64,000 nt of DNA from Podarcis muralis (Eukaryota): assembly GCF_964188315.1 (NCBI RefSeq), contig NC_135673.1, positions 24,428,001-24,492,000 of the forward strand. Direction: 5' to 3'. The notes beneath the pieces were generated by a model, which was given only the letters and a program-made list of their open reading frames with translations, was not told where the DNA came from and did not search any database. A program made the position numbers and the translations under genes. Below, one piece after another: positions 24,291 through 37,129 of this stretch (positions within the stretch are counted from its first letter, which is position 1; the number at the start of each line of letters is the position of its first letter).

Positions 24291-24786
24291 ATTCCTGCTG
24301 AGGTTTTTTGTTTTTTTAAAAAAAAGATTTTAATTTCTTGAGGTTTTGAGGGCTTAAATTGATGTTTTACATTTTTATATCGTGTAGGTCTCAAACCAAC
24401 TTACCAACATAAATATAAAATGTAAAAATGTAAAACGTCAATTTAGCCCCCACAACTCAAAACCTTAAGAAATTAAAATCTAAAAAAGGAAAGTAAAATA
24501 TCTGAACAGCATTAAGGATGGAAAGACTTCTTGTTACAAAACAATTTTGACCAGGTACCTGAAACTCAGTGTTAGGGAGCATTTGGGAACATTTTTGGGT
24601 TCACTCACTCAAAACTTCTCTGTCCCTTACTGCAGTTAGGCTTGAAGTGAAAAGGGGAGAGCAGCTGGTCCATGAGAGTGAATGGGGCACTGCCCCAGCA
24701 TCCACAGCCTGTTCTCCACCAGGCCCCACCTGCCTGCCTTCTTCCTTGAAAGCAGCCTAGCAGGTGGTTCTGCCTGTCAGCTTCCT

Positions 24787-24937
24787 CAGTGCTTTCTTTT
24801 CTTCTTAAAAAAAAATGTTTAGGGGTACTCTCATTTACCTACTCATATTGAAATACTGCCCCTCAATGAGGCCAAACTTAGATTTACAAAATGTTTAGGG
24901 GTATGCATACCCGTGTTCCCCCAGAAAAATAGCACTG
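24787..24937. mobile_element. hAT-like MITE
   Basis: Termini cagtgctttc / aatagcactg; internal repeat aaaatgtttaggggta x2. Confidence 0.6.
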
Positions 24938-26219
24938 GTCCTCCTTATTAGTCTCAGTGCTGCAATTATTGAACTCAGCAGGCAGGAGGATGGGGATAAA
25001 ACTAGAACCAGTTGGCTCCCCCTGTCACTGTCACTGTCAGTGGCTCTGGCTCCGCCTACTTTTTGGGCATCCTGCATTCTGCCCCACCAGTCTTGGGTCC
25101 AGCAATACTTAAAAGTTTTAACAGGGAGAGGTGGGTAATGGTAAGTACCCGTGTGATCCTTAGCAACCTTAAGAATACACAAGTGCCACTGAAAACAGAA
25201 TCAGCAAGTTAGCGGGTGCAGGGATTTAGACATGAAGAGTTTTGAACAAGCATAGTGCTTTCAAATATTTGCTGGATGTTATAAAGCGGAGAAACTGCAA
25301 AGCCCTATTTGTGTACAGGACAACAGTCTTGTTAACAATGAGCTAAACTGCCTTTGTTAAGAGGGGGAAGGAAGGAAGGTAAGGCTGTGAAAATTTATTT
25401 AACTGAAGGTGATTTATTTTAGGGATTTATAACCTAATCCTTCAGCATGTTTTCATAGCATCTCATTTAAATCATTGATTGAATTCACCATGGGGGAAAG
25501 ACCACTTTAAATCAATGATTTTAATCAAGTTTCCCCCTTTGTGATTCATAATGCTTTTCAACAAATTTGTGTACCAGTTGGCTCTAGTAACAGTTTTTTT
25601 GGTTTGTGCTAAATAGAGTTTTTCGGAATCATTATTTCGGAATCTCCGATCTTGCATAATCATGCATATCTTGCATGCAAGAGGCTTGTGACTTCTATGA
25701 GACAAAGGGAAAGGTACTAAATTAAAATGCAATCTTATACCCACTTATCTAAGAGTAAGCCCTGTTGATCCTGGCAGGACTTACTTCTGAACAGATATTA
25801 GCATTAGTATTATTAAAGGTATTTATATACTGCTTTTCAGGTATCTCACAAAGCAGTTTGCACAAGATTATTAGAATATGCATCATTTTATTTTAAAATC
25901 ACAATAAACTGGAGAAGACAATCTGTTTGTTTAGAAGAAGCTGCTGCTGTGTCTTCTTCACTCCCTGCAAGATGGTTCTGCAGAGAATGGTGGCAGTTCA
26001 CAAGGCTGTTTCTTTTTCTTCTCACCTCACCCCACAATATGGTTCTGCAATCACTGCAGCAACATGATTAGAATTGTGCTAATTAGTGGTTGTCTCTGTA
26101 CACATGCACTGAGCAAGATCCCAAGACTAACAACACAACTTTATGCATGTTTCCTTGAAAGCTAGAGCCACTGTGTTCATTGATGCCTACTCCTAGATCA
26201 GTGTTTGAGGTTTGTAGTA

Positions 26220-26532
26220 AAGGTAAAGGGACTCCTGACCATTGGGTCAAGTCGTGACCGACTCTGGGGTTGCGGCGCTCATCTCGCTTTATTGGCTGAG
26301 GGAGCCGGCGTACAGCTTCCGGGTCATGTGGCCAGCATGACTAAGCCGCTTCTGGCAAACCAGTGCACGGAAACGCCGTTTACCTTCCCGCCAGAGTGGT
26401 ACCTATTTATCTACTTGCAATTTGACGTGCTTTTGAACTGCTAGGTTGGCAGGAGCAGGGACCAAGCAACAAGAGCTCACCCCGTCATGGGGATTCGAAC
26501 CGCTGACCTTCTGATCGGCTAGTCCTAGGCTC
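26220..26532 (-). mobile_element. Sauria SINE, slightly 5'-truncated, 14-bp TSD
   Basis: (AAAGGT) tail at the left end; TSD tgaggtttgtagta at 26206-26219 and 26533-26546. Confidence 0.93.
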
Positions 26533-28229
26533 TGAGGTTTGTAGTAGGGATGGGTTAATTTATAGATTTTTTGCATGCAAAATGTATCCTCTGTCACAGA
26601 GCTATGGCCCTTCTCCATCTGGAGAGCCATAGATACCCTATCTTTGCATTATGGGCAAAGTGTTTGTCCAAGTGTTTAAAGAATGATGTGGATGCTGGAG
26701 TCACCAGAGACAGTTCACTAGGATAGTCTTTTTCACTGCTCATTGCAGCCCTTCATCAACCTGGTGGTCTTCAGCCACATTTAGACTGCAGGTAAAGGCT
26801 GCCATACTGAAATGAATGGGAGTTGCAGAAGAATACAGCAGTGCAGTGCCAGGTATATTGTTCCAGGGTGCTCCTCTTTATCCCAGCAGAGTTCATGCTG
26901 GAGATTTTGCTGGAGCATTATTTCATCTGTGTTTTCAGAAAAAAGCATCTGAGATCTTATTTCTCTCTCATTTTCTCCCATCACTTTGATACAATGTGTT
27001 GGAATCTATAGGTGAAGGACTGTTATGAGGACTTAAGTCCTATGTTTGCATTTTGTTTTCCTGAATGATTAGACAGAGGCTGCCATATGAATGTGTGATG
27101 TCAGATATTATTCTTGTTGCAAAGCATAGTGGAATCTCCTGTTTCTTTCCCCCTTACAAACATGTTATTGTGTTGGACAAGCAGCGATATTATTTGGGGT
27201 CTTTAGTAGGGTATTAATAAGAAGCAAATCCCACACCTTACCCATTTTCTTGTGTATAAGCAGCATTATTAAATGCAGGCCTTTCTCCATCTCTTGGCTG
27301 ATGCATCTCTTGTGTGGCATTTATTTTGATTGCAAAATTCCCATCCTCAAGTCTTGAGATCAGCATTTTATTATTCTACATAGCTCTGTGATTTCCCTTT
27401 CTCTATACCTTTCTGTGAACCTTCAAAACCTCATAACTTTCTGATTTAAGCTTTTATCTGCATTTCCATTTGAATTGTGGTGATGCATTTTGGGCTTGTT
27501 TGATGTTGTTTTTTGGGGGTTTTTGGTGTTTTTTAAAGCAAGAGCTCACTATGGCTTTGATACTGTTAGTTAAAGACAAATGGTGATCACTGGAGGCTTG
27601 ATTCTTTCTTGTGTTTTTTAAAGAAAGAGCAGCAGGGAAATCTTAAGTTGTCCACTCGGAGCAACCAAGGCTATCATTTTGTGGAAACCTGTTCACGTGA
27701 GAATCTGTAAAGGTTGTCTGACTTGGGTCTAGGATAAATATTGGTTGTGCCAATCACAACATCAATCATTTTCAAAAATACAATGCCATGGTGGATGTGA
27801 GCTTGCAAGGGGTTTCATGATGGGAGCACTGTCATGTATAGGCATTTGCTGCATTCTAAATAACAGTGATGCTTCTGAAATGTTCTCATTCAAATTTCTC
27901 CCTGGATTTTAAGGTTCAGAATTACCTGGACTTATGTCTGACTTAGATATGATGCATTAGGAATTCCATTTTCCCCATTGTGTACATGTACACAATATAA
28001 TTTACTCTATTCAATTCGGCCCCTTATCATTGTGTACACCTGCATTTGTTATGTAAACACTGCCAAAAAAATAAGCAAACTTGATGCAGTTATATGCAAC
28101 ATTGCATGAATATCATTTTTGTACAATCTTACCAATGCATATGGCCATTTGTTGTTGTATGCATGATTGCAGCAATATTCTTTTTGTGCAGTGTTTGCTA
28201 ATGTGCAGCATTGCATGGACAATTCATTT

Positions 28230-28625
28230 TTTCCAAGGACCTCCTGTCCCCATATGAACTGACCAGACCCTGCGATTATCATATGAGGCCCTTCTTTATG
28301 TGCCTCTTCCACAAGAGGTCCAGAGGGTGGCAACATGACAACGGGCCTTTTCTGCAGTGGCTCCCCATTTGTGAAATGCTCTCCCAAGGGAAGCTCACCT
28401 GATGCCATCACTTGAAGCTGACCTGAGTCAGGTGAAATGCTCCTCTTCAGCTAGGCTGAAACATTTTTTTAAAAGGTTTAAGGGAAAATGGAGTTATGGG
28501 TTTGTTTTCTTCTTGCTCTTGTTTCTATTATACATTTTGTGTTTCTGTCTTGTATTTTTATGCTGTGAACTGCCCTGAGATCTATGGATGAACAGTGGTA
28601 TTCAAATTTAATCAATGAATGAATA
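28230..28625 (+). mobile_element. L2 LINE 3' end
   Basis: Homologous to the reverse complement of 51715-51900 (gggtggcaacatga...gggccttttctgcagtggctcc...tgctctccc) plus L2 tail. Confidence 0.85.
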
Positions 28626-30042
28626 AATTTTTATGCAATAGCAAATGTGTTGTGCAGGTGGATGATTAACAAAATCAATCCTCCTGTCAGACTGGGAATA
28701 TCCCCTCACTCACCCAAGTTTAGGACATTCCACACCTTTCCTCAGCAGAGTTTCTCCTTCTTTGAGAAAAATAAGTGGCTCGTGTAAATCTAAACTAAGC
28801 TTTAATAATAAAGAAAACTATAGAAACTAAATACAACCACATAGGGCAAGTCTGAGGCAAGAAGAGGCAGTTGGTTCCTCTTAACTGACATTCTTAACAG
28901 AACACAGACTGAGGGAGGGACTGATTCTAGAGCAAAACACACAAGCCCCGCCCACCAGATACCAAACACTCTACTATTCAAATTACCGTAGTCCCCAGGG
29001 TTTTTCTCACAAAATGCAGTTGCATGAAGACTGTATTTTTTGTCAGAAGTTTGTCAGTGCACACATGCTTTGATAACACAGATTGGAAAGGGAAAGAGGC
29101 AAATGTCAATGTTATTACATTACTGATGTGCTTGCTGTCCTAGGTTCTTTCAGTAGGAAAGGCAGGAAAGAAAACGAATGAATGAATTGATCTGAAAACT
29201 CACAAGACTGTTCATGATTCATTTCTGGAAGATAAAAGCTTGCACCACCAAACTGCAGAAGACCATTGTGAATTTGAGGAGGCTTAGGTGGTATGCAGCA
29301 ATACTCCTTTCATTTCAATAAATCCTATGGGCCTGGGACCTTTGAATGGTTCTGTCTTTCTCTTTTAGTATTCCATATGTAATATGTTGAGATGGCACCA
29401 TGTGGGAGTTTAAGATAGGCTTCTGCCAATCCCATGCTGGCACCTGAAATAGGGAGCACTGGCTGGTCTTAGAAGTTATTTATGTGGGATGCCTGCCAAG
29501 TCTGAAGTAGTTTTTCACTTTAATGGGAATGGATGTGCCAACCAAACACCAGATGTAGCTTATACAGCCCCAACAGTATATAAGCCTTGAGACCACCTCT
29601 GCTAGAAAGAATCCCAGCATATGTCCTAAACTGCAGAAAATGCAGTCTACTGGCCAAGCTCCAGCCCCTGCTTCTGGAGCCAAGTCCATTGTTCATCAGC
29701 AACAGCAAGGTACCATTGTTTAGTTCCTATAAATTCCTTTCTGTTTGCTGTTTATTTACAATGCCCAGTTTGAAGTTGAAGGGCATGAACTTAGTGAGAA
29801 ATGACTGCCTGTTTGTCCTCAATCATGGCTTTACTTTTGGAGAGAGATTATATTGCTGGTGCAGAACCCCTTCTTTCTTGCAGAAGGTGACAATTAATCT
29901 TTGCTGGTAACACAGGGTTAGTGTGCTGTTATTTACATCAGGTATTAAAATATCAGAATATTTACCAGTGATAACTGCTTCTTCCAACAACCAATCCAGG
30001 AGCTGGCACAATCTGACAGCTTCCTCCTCCTGAATCTCAGTA

Positions 30043-30284
30043 CAGTGGTACCTCGGGTTACATATGCTTCAGGTTACATACACTTCAAGTTACAGACTCC
30101 GCTAACCCAGAAATAGTGCTTCAGGTTAAGAACTTTTCTTCAGGATGAGAACAGAAATCGTGCTTCGGCGGCGCGGCGGCAGGAGGAGGCCCCATTAGCT
30201 ATAGTGGTGCTTCAGGTTAAGAACAGTTTCAGGTTAAGAATGGACCTCCGAAACGAATTAAGTACTTAACCCGAGGTACCACTG
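30043..30284 (-). mobile_element. Tc1/mariner (Tigger-like) MITE, family A, 242 bp, inverted relative to the 14236 copy
   Basis: TIRs cagtggtacctcgggtta / taacccgaggtaccactg; TA TSD at 30041-30042 and 30285-30286. Confidence 0.92.
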
Positions 30285-30940
30285 TATGGTAATCATAGAA
30301 TGCAGCAAAGAGGAGGATGGGGGCAAAACTAGAATTAGTTGACTCTACCTGTCATTGGCTCTGGTTCCATTGATTTTGGACCTTTCTGCTGCTTACCCTA
30401 TCAGTTCTAATGGGCATCAGCCACCATTGGATCATATGGCTAAAGTTTAGAGCATGTGCCAGGGCATGATACCAGCCACTACTGGAGAGTTTTGTATCCA
30501 AAAAATTTCATATCTAAAAAACAAAGAGGGCTGATTGTGGTCCCCCAAATGTTGTTGGGTGCCCATTAGGCTCAGTCAGAGATAGTGATGATGGGAATGG
30601 ATATTTAAATGATGGGAGTGGATATTTAAATGGATACTGCACATTTGTAGCAACAAAGTGTCATCTGGGAGTGGGACAGAAAAATATAGTTGGGACAGGA
30701 AAATATACCATAGTTGGCTCCTTGAGGACATGACAAAATGATTGTGACAGTACTTCTTCTTTCTTACAGTTTTTAAAATTCAAATATTTCAAAAACTATA
30801 AACCCTTCCAGTAACTTACAAAAATACATTTGAAAGCTTAAAAACCAGAAATGAAGGATTAAAAAAGGAAGCAAACCCATTAATATGACTATAATTGACT
30901 AAAATTCATGTAATTCTTTTTTCATCAATTCACTTAAGAG

Positions 30941-31271
30941 CAGTGGTCCCCAAACATTTTGGATCCACACCCCCTTTGGTTCCATAAACATATCCCCAGT
31001 ATTCAGAATAGTGGTTTGCACAACCCACTAAGGAAGATAATAACGTAATAAAATTGCAAACAGTAACAATTAAATGCACATTTATTCAAAATTCAGTCAA
31101 ACCTATTTAGTTTAATTCATTCAGCAAAGTTGGTGAACCTTATCCAGTGATATCAGCTTTTCAAAGTCTAATAGTCATGTATACCCCCAGCACCCCCTGC
31201 CACCCCCTTGACTCTTAGTAGGCAATCCCACCACTCTGCAGCGGGCAGTACTGCCCACTTGGGAAGCGCTG
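30941..31271. mobile_element. hAT (Charlie-type) MITE
   Basis: Termini cagtggtccccaaac / cacttgggaagcgctg. Confidence 0.65.
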
Positions 31272-31614
31272 AGCTAGAATATAAATACATAAATATTTGC
31301 TATGAAATCTGGATTTATAGGATACTCTTTTATCTTAGATGTGGCTTCAGATATGGTTTCCATTAGAGTTTCCTTCAGCTTGTCTATTAAATTAGGTTGA
31401 TGGAAGAGTGCCATACCATTATAGGGAACAGTTATTACATTTTTTAACAGTAGCAAGACGAATGAATGCTAAGGCATGGAAAAATACCAACAACCTCAAC
31501 AAACTGGACATAATCAGGAAGTAATGAGAAGAGCTGAATGTAATAAAATGTATGACTGTGTTATGAAACAAAGATAATTATAATGAAATAGTGGACAAAT
31601 GGAGGCTGACATCA

Positions 31615-32006
31615 GGGAATGGACTGTCTCTCAGTGGGAAAGTGCATCCTTTGCATGCATAACGTTCCAGGTTCAATCCCCAGCATCTCTAGGTATGGCT
31701 AGGAGAGAAGACCACAGCATAAGATCCTGGAGGGCTGCTGCCAGTGAGTGTGGACAACGCTGAGCTACATGGACTAGTGATCTGATTCAGTATAAGGCAG
31801 ATTGACATATTTCTATGTTTGAGGAAGGACCATAGCTCAGTGGTAGAGCATCTACTTTGCATGCCAAGTTCAACCCCCAGTGTCTCCTAGTAGTGATGGA
31901 CAAGTCCGCCGCCTGAAACTCTGGATAACTGCTGGCAGTCAGTATAGACAGTACTGAACTGGTTGAACCATGGCTCTGACTCTATAAGGCAACTTCCTCT
32001 ATTCCT
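31615..32006 (+). mobile_element. Two head-to-tail tRNA-derived SINEs (Squam2-like)
   Basis: Heads ctcagtgggaaagtgcatc (~31630) and catagctcagtggtagagcatc (~31831); each has the ctgccagt...gacaat...cagtataaggcag body. Confidence 0.82.
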
Positions 32007-33826
32007 AGAGCAGCTGATTAAAAACAGAGGGTGGTATTGAACTGAGTTTTGCTCTGTAGGCAGGTTTTTTGGTGTCCCGAAGCTTTCCTGAAGAAAACTC
32101 ATTGTTTTGCATGGAATTGGAACAAATGTCAATTCTCAGAAAACATGATTGATGTTTGTTCCAATTCAGCAGTAAACAGTGGGTTTTCCCAAAAAACCTT
32201 TCTCAGACCCATGTCTACAAATCACAGATCTGTGCCTAGAAATCATGACACAAATGAAAGTGTTGATAAGCCCTGAAATGAACGAAACTATTAATTTCAA
32301 TAGGTTTGTTGGCATACATCTGTCTCGAGAGACAATGGGGCAGTGTGTGTGGATGTCCTGGGCTGCCCAGATGACAAGGCCCCCCTCTCGGCCACATCAA
32401 TGTGGCCCAAAGGAAAGCAGACTGATACATTTGGTACCAGCTTAGCTGGTTTGCCCTTAGTCCTAACTCTGGGTGGTATCAGCCAAGGTTTACTATCAGG
32501 AGAAGGGGTGGATTTTCCACTGCTAAAAGACATAGTGGCAGTCCTTAAAGATAGACACCCAGTTCTGCCAGCATCTTACCAAGTGCATTTACTGAAATAG
32601 CAAACCGCTCAACATGCTATTTGTGAACTGGCAGATGCTACATTTTGATGTCTGCTCCAGCCTGTTTACTTAAGCTTGGCTGCTCACTCAATGTCCCAGT
32701 AGGCAAGGGGAGTTGGCAGGGGGTAGGAGGGGGGAGGCTCTTGTGTATCAGATTCTGACTTTCCTTTGGTGAGGCAGATGGCTTTCATCATGTATGAGCA
32801 ATGCATTTCTGAATCAAAACACATTATAAAGATGTTTCTTGTATGTTATCAAGAAGCGTTAGGGCTGATGGGCTCCACCAGCTATCAGTCATCAGCCGAA
32901 AGGAATCAATGAACAAGATAAAATTGGCTTTGCTGCAGAATTTGATAAGGAATCGCACAGCGACACAGGAATCTGTTTCAATGTCTCTGTTCTGTTCACC
33001 AGTAATATCAGTGATGGGAAATGTTTTGGCATTGTTGTTCAGGCTAGGGGGCTTTCATGCATGCATCTTGGGCTGCCACAGATTTGACACTTCTGCAAAC
33101 TGGTTTGTGCTCCAGAATATATTGGCTGGCTATATTGCAATGTTTCTGTCTTCTATGCTGCAGCTAATGATGGGATGCCCCATGGCACACTTTTTTTTCA
33201 CCCCCTCCGTGTGGTCAACATGAAGACCAAACTCCCAAAATGTGTTGTTGTTTCAATTCATTAAGTGATCATATAGAACAGGGATCACCAGCCTGGTGCC
33301 AGTGAAGGCCTTTGCTGGTGCTCGTAGACACCATATTGCCGATGTGCACTGGGATGGCTAGCTTCAATGCTTTATTTATTTTTTTAAAAAATGGCAGAGC
33401 AGCGCAGAATAGTTGCCGGAGCAGCAATGGGTCCTTGCAGTGCATGGCAGGAAGGGGAGCTTTTTGTGTAGAAGGTGTGTTTGTGCAAAAGATGGGGGGG
33501 TATGTATGAATGTGTGGTCTGTCAATATGTGTGTTCTGTGTGCTGGGGTGCAATCTTGAATTATCATTATTTTTGGCGGTGGCGGAGGGGGAGGTAAGTC
33601 CTGCCCTGCATAATTGATCCCAACATGCAGCACCTATACATCATTTGAATGACAATGGCCATCAACTTGGGAAGGGAGTGGCCCCCTCAAATATTTTATT
33701 GGGTGTAAGGGGATCTCAACCCCTAGTAGTTGGATCCTTTGTGTGCTGGATGGAGAAGTGTGTGTGTGAGAGGGGGGGGGGCGGCGGCAGCATGTATATA
33801 ATGTGTGTTTTGTGAGATAGGGAGAG

Positions 33827-33869
<43 letters not shown>

Positions 33870-33960
33870 TTTATATCCCGCCTCCCTAGCCAGACCCGGG
33901 CTCAGGGCAGCTAACACCAGTAAAATTACAATAAAAACATAATAGAAAAAACACCAATTT
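33827..33960 (-). mobile_element. L2-like 3' tail with (TAA)n microsatellite (33827-33866)
   Basis: atttatatcccgcctcc...gggctcagggcagctaac, a typical reverse-complement squamate LINE tail. Confidence 0.65.
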
Positions 33961-34527
33961 AAAATGCAGCCTCATTTTAAAAGTATGACTAGCACCCACA
34001 GCACTTTCTCAAAATTCAAAATGTGCCCACAGGCCCCACAAGCTTGGCAACCTCTGATATAGAAGCATCTTCAGCAGTGGGGTATCATGACCCCTGATTA
34101 TGGAAGGCCCGTCTTTGTGAGGTGCATCTCCCTCATTATTTGTGCTAAGGGTAGAATTTGAAGACACTCTTGTCCACCCCAGCTTTTGGTAGTTGAAGGA
34201 TATTGTTGGGCAACTGTGAAGCTATTAGCTGTGAGGTTGGTTTGTTTTTTTTAAATCTAATTACCTTTTAAAAATGTATTGCTTTTCTGTTATATCATGA
34301 CATATTTTGGAGGAAGGAGGGGAAGTATATGTTCTGCCTTCACTGCATTGTTGGAGGCAGTGGGCAGAGTGCTCTTGTGCTTGGATTCTGCTTGTGGACT
34401 TCCGCTTTCGGAATAGTGTGTGTAGTTCTGGTTGCCTCACTTCAATAAGGATATTGTGCAGTTGGAAAAGATCCAGAAAAAAGGCAACCAAACTGATTAA
34501 AAGGATGGAGAGACTCTCCTATGAGGA

Positions 34528-34774
34528 GCCAGTGTGGTGTAGTGGTTAAGAGCGGTAGTCACGTAATCTGGGGAACCGGGTTCGCGTCTCCGCTCCTCCA
34601 CATGCAGCTGCTGGGTGACCTTGGGCCAGTCACACTTCTTTGAAGTCTCTCAGCCCCACTCACCTCACAGAGTGTTTGTTGTGGGGGAGGAAGGGAAAGG
34701 AGAATGTTAGCCGCTTTGAGACTCCTGAAGGGGAGTGAAAGGTGGGATATCAAATCCAAACTCTTCTTCTTCTT
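34528..34774 (+). mobile_element. Young Squam3-like tRNA/CORE SINE with (CTT)n tail, inserted in CR1
   Basis: A-box gtggtgtagtggttaaga; perfect 10-bp TSD cctatgagga at 34518-34527 and 34775-34784. Confidence 0.92.
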
Positions 34775-34962
34775 CCTATGAGGAAAGGTTGCAGCATTGA
34801 GGTTATTTTGCTTTAGAGAAAAGGCGATTAAGAGGTGACATGCTATAAATTTATAAAATTATGCCTGACACACAGAAAGTGGATGGAGAAGTACTCTCTC
34901 ATAACTCTAGAACTTGTGAATGTTGAATGAAGCTGAATACTGTTAAGATAAAAGAAGGTCCT

Positions 34963-35446
34963 TGTCAGGGTGCTGTCAGCAGCTCCCGGCTGGTTGACCA
35001 GGAAAGTGTAAAGGCAAGGATAAATTTCTTACAGTCCTTCTTTATTTCAAACTTTACAGAGAGAAGCTATAGAACCCAGCCTCTTGGATAATGGCATTGT
35101 CCCAAGTGAATCTCCACCCCTCGTCTCTCCTACTTCCTCATTCCTCATTCTCATTATCTCCTCTATGGGTGCTGCTATGTGCCCTCTGTCTTTGAGCTCT
35201 TTGCTCTCCTACTTTTGAGGCTCGCCGGGTTCTGGGAGATGGAGGGTCTGGAATGCTTTCTAATGGCAACGCTTCAGCCAGCTGCTCTGGCTCTCCCATG
35301 ATTTCCCAACTTTCCCCCTCCTCTGCCTCTAAGCTGCCACCTCCCTCAAACCCCTGTTGCAAATCTATACTGTGTCTTCCTCTTCCCTGGAAGGGTCAGG
35401 CTGGGGAGACGGTCTCCACCATTCCTCCTCTGCCCAGTCCCTGACA
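34963..35446 (-). mobile_element. Solo LTR, 484 bp
   Basis: TG...CA termini with perfect 8-bp inverted repeat tgtcaggg / ccctgaca; 5-bp TSD gtcct / gttct; AATAAA on the - strand (ctttattt near 35040); interrupts contiguous CR1 sequence. Confidence 0.8.
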
Positions 35447-35705
35447 GTTCTTCACACAGCATGTAGCTAAAACACAGAGCTCACACCCACAGGAAGCAGT
35501 GATGGACATAAATTTGGATGGCTTTAAAAGAGGATTGGACACATTCATGGAGGATGAGGCTATTGATGGCTACCAGCCACGATGGCTATGCTCTGCCTCT
35601 GCCATTGGATCCATTAATGCTTCTGAATACCAGCTGCTGGAAACTGCAGGAGAGGAAGGTACTTTGCTTGAGTCTTGCTTCAGCAAACTCGTCTTATGTT
35701 CTTTC

Positions 35706-35875
35706 CATGGGTGTAGCCAGGATGTTTCTTAGAGGGGCAGGCCTTTTGTAAGGGGGCTATAGGCCTTTTCTTGAGGGTGGGGGGGGGGCGCAGACTCTTA
35801 GTTAGCTATGTATTTTTATTTTTATTTGGGGGGGGGAGCTGCCCCTCCCTGCTCCCTCCCTTGGCTACGCCCATG
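35706..35875. mobile_element. hAT-type MITE
   Basis: TIRs catgggtgtagcca / tggctacgcccatg; 8-bp TSD gttctttc / gttctttg. Confidence 0.8.
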
Positions 35876-37129
35876 GTTCTTTGTATAAAAATCTAATAAT
35901 CAGAGCAAAATCTTAATGCTTTAAAGTAAGCACTGAGGTTCACTAACCATGGCAAGGTGAAAAATAGTGGCTGCAGGGGGTTGGCACAGATTCAATTGAT
36001 GTCTTGCAGAGGAGTCAATTTCCACTTGCACCCCATGAGCCACACACTGAGAACTTGCATATAGAAGTGCAAATCTACATCTGAATTACTACGGATCAAG
36101 AGTCCTAACGCACAGCTCTAAAATTAAGCAGCAGAGCTGAACAAAGGCATGCCATTAATACTCTTACTTTACAAATGAGGAACACTGAATCCAAGAGAGA
36201 GAAATGATTAGCAAAAGGTCAACCATCCCAGAAAATAAACCAAATTAACATACTATTCTTTAACTACTAAAGTAGGGAAACTTTGTAGCTCTATTGCAAA
36301 TCACCCAGGGACCTACCAATAGATCCCAATATACACTCCCCCACCTATGCTTTACATAAGAGTTTTTCAAGCTTTCATCCTTCAATGAATCTTTTCCACA
36401 TTGGCTGATCTATCTTGTGGGATGGAGCTATGAGGCCTCCTGCAACTGGCATTGCTGCAGCTTACCTGGACTGGGTTGGAGCAGGGGAGGACATTTGTGA
36501 GGTTGGGGTGCACAGGCACATCAGCTTGGAGTGCTGGATTGGCTCTGCTGGTGTGCTTGCGCATTCCAGACTTTACCACCTCCCTGCTTTGCCTCAGCCC
36601 AATCCAAGAAAGCTGCAGCAATGCCAGTGTCTGGAGGGCAGTTCTTTGCCTCCTCCCTACCACACAGGATGCTACTGTAAAAAACCCCAGAATGATCCAT
36701 TTCTTGAAATAAATAAGAATACAGTAACCACATTCTGTGTAAAAATTCACTAGGCTGTGGTTCAATATGTACCACTACAATCAAGGCAATTTCATAAGCT
36801 GCATAATTTGGGTTTATTTCTTTCTTGAAATTTCCTTTTCAAGATTTATACTAGAAGCATCAAAGGTGGCTTGCAGGAAGATAGCAATTGCAGGGGAAAG
36901 GGTTTTAAAAGCATAATTACAACAAGTGAGAGAGTCCATAGAATAATTTGCAGCAAGTGTTGGGGGGGGTAGCACTTGCTCCTAACGGTCTTTAACACCT
37001 TTGTATTTATTTGGCTTAATATATCCTAAATAAAATCAACATATAAGCTCTGGTTACACAGTTCTTTTTTTATTTTTAAGAAGATTTTAAAGATCTTTTA
37101 AAAAGCTTTTAAAAAATGATCAAGAGGGT

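Larger units (their letters stand above)
34385..35705 (+). mobile_element. CR1 LINE 3' portion, split by a SINE and a solo LTR
   Basis: ttggaaaagatccagaaaaaaggcaacc...cctatgagga|aaggttgcagc...gagaaaaggcgattaagaggtgacatg...ttcacacagc...tttggatggctttaaaagaggattggac...cttatgttct. Confidence 0.85.

Noticed and set aside
28685-29080. Possible solo LTR starting tgtcag
   Set aside because: No matching TSD or convincing right terminus found.
31829-31880. tRNA-Ala-like sequence (catagctcagtggtagagcatc); similar heads at 34528, 40229, 47881
   Set aside because: No complete cloverleaf, and each continues into a SINE body, so these are SINE heads rather than tRNA genes.
32343-33223. Protein-looking ORFs 32343-32600 and 32843-33223
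   Set aside because: No recognisable domain, no clear splice signals and no TRPC5 exon-3 sequence; lengths are within chance.
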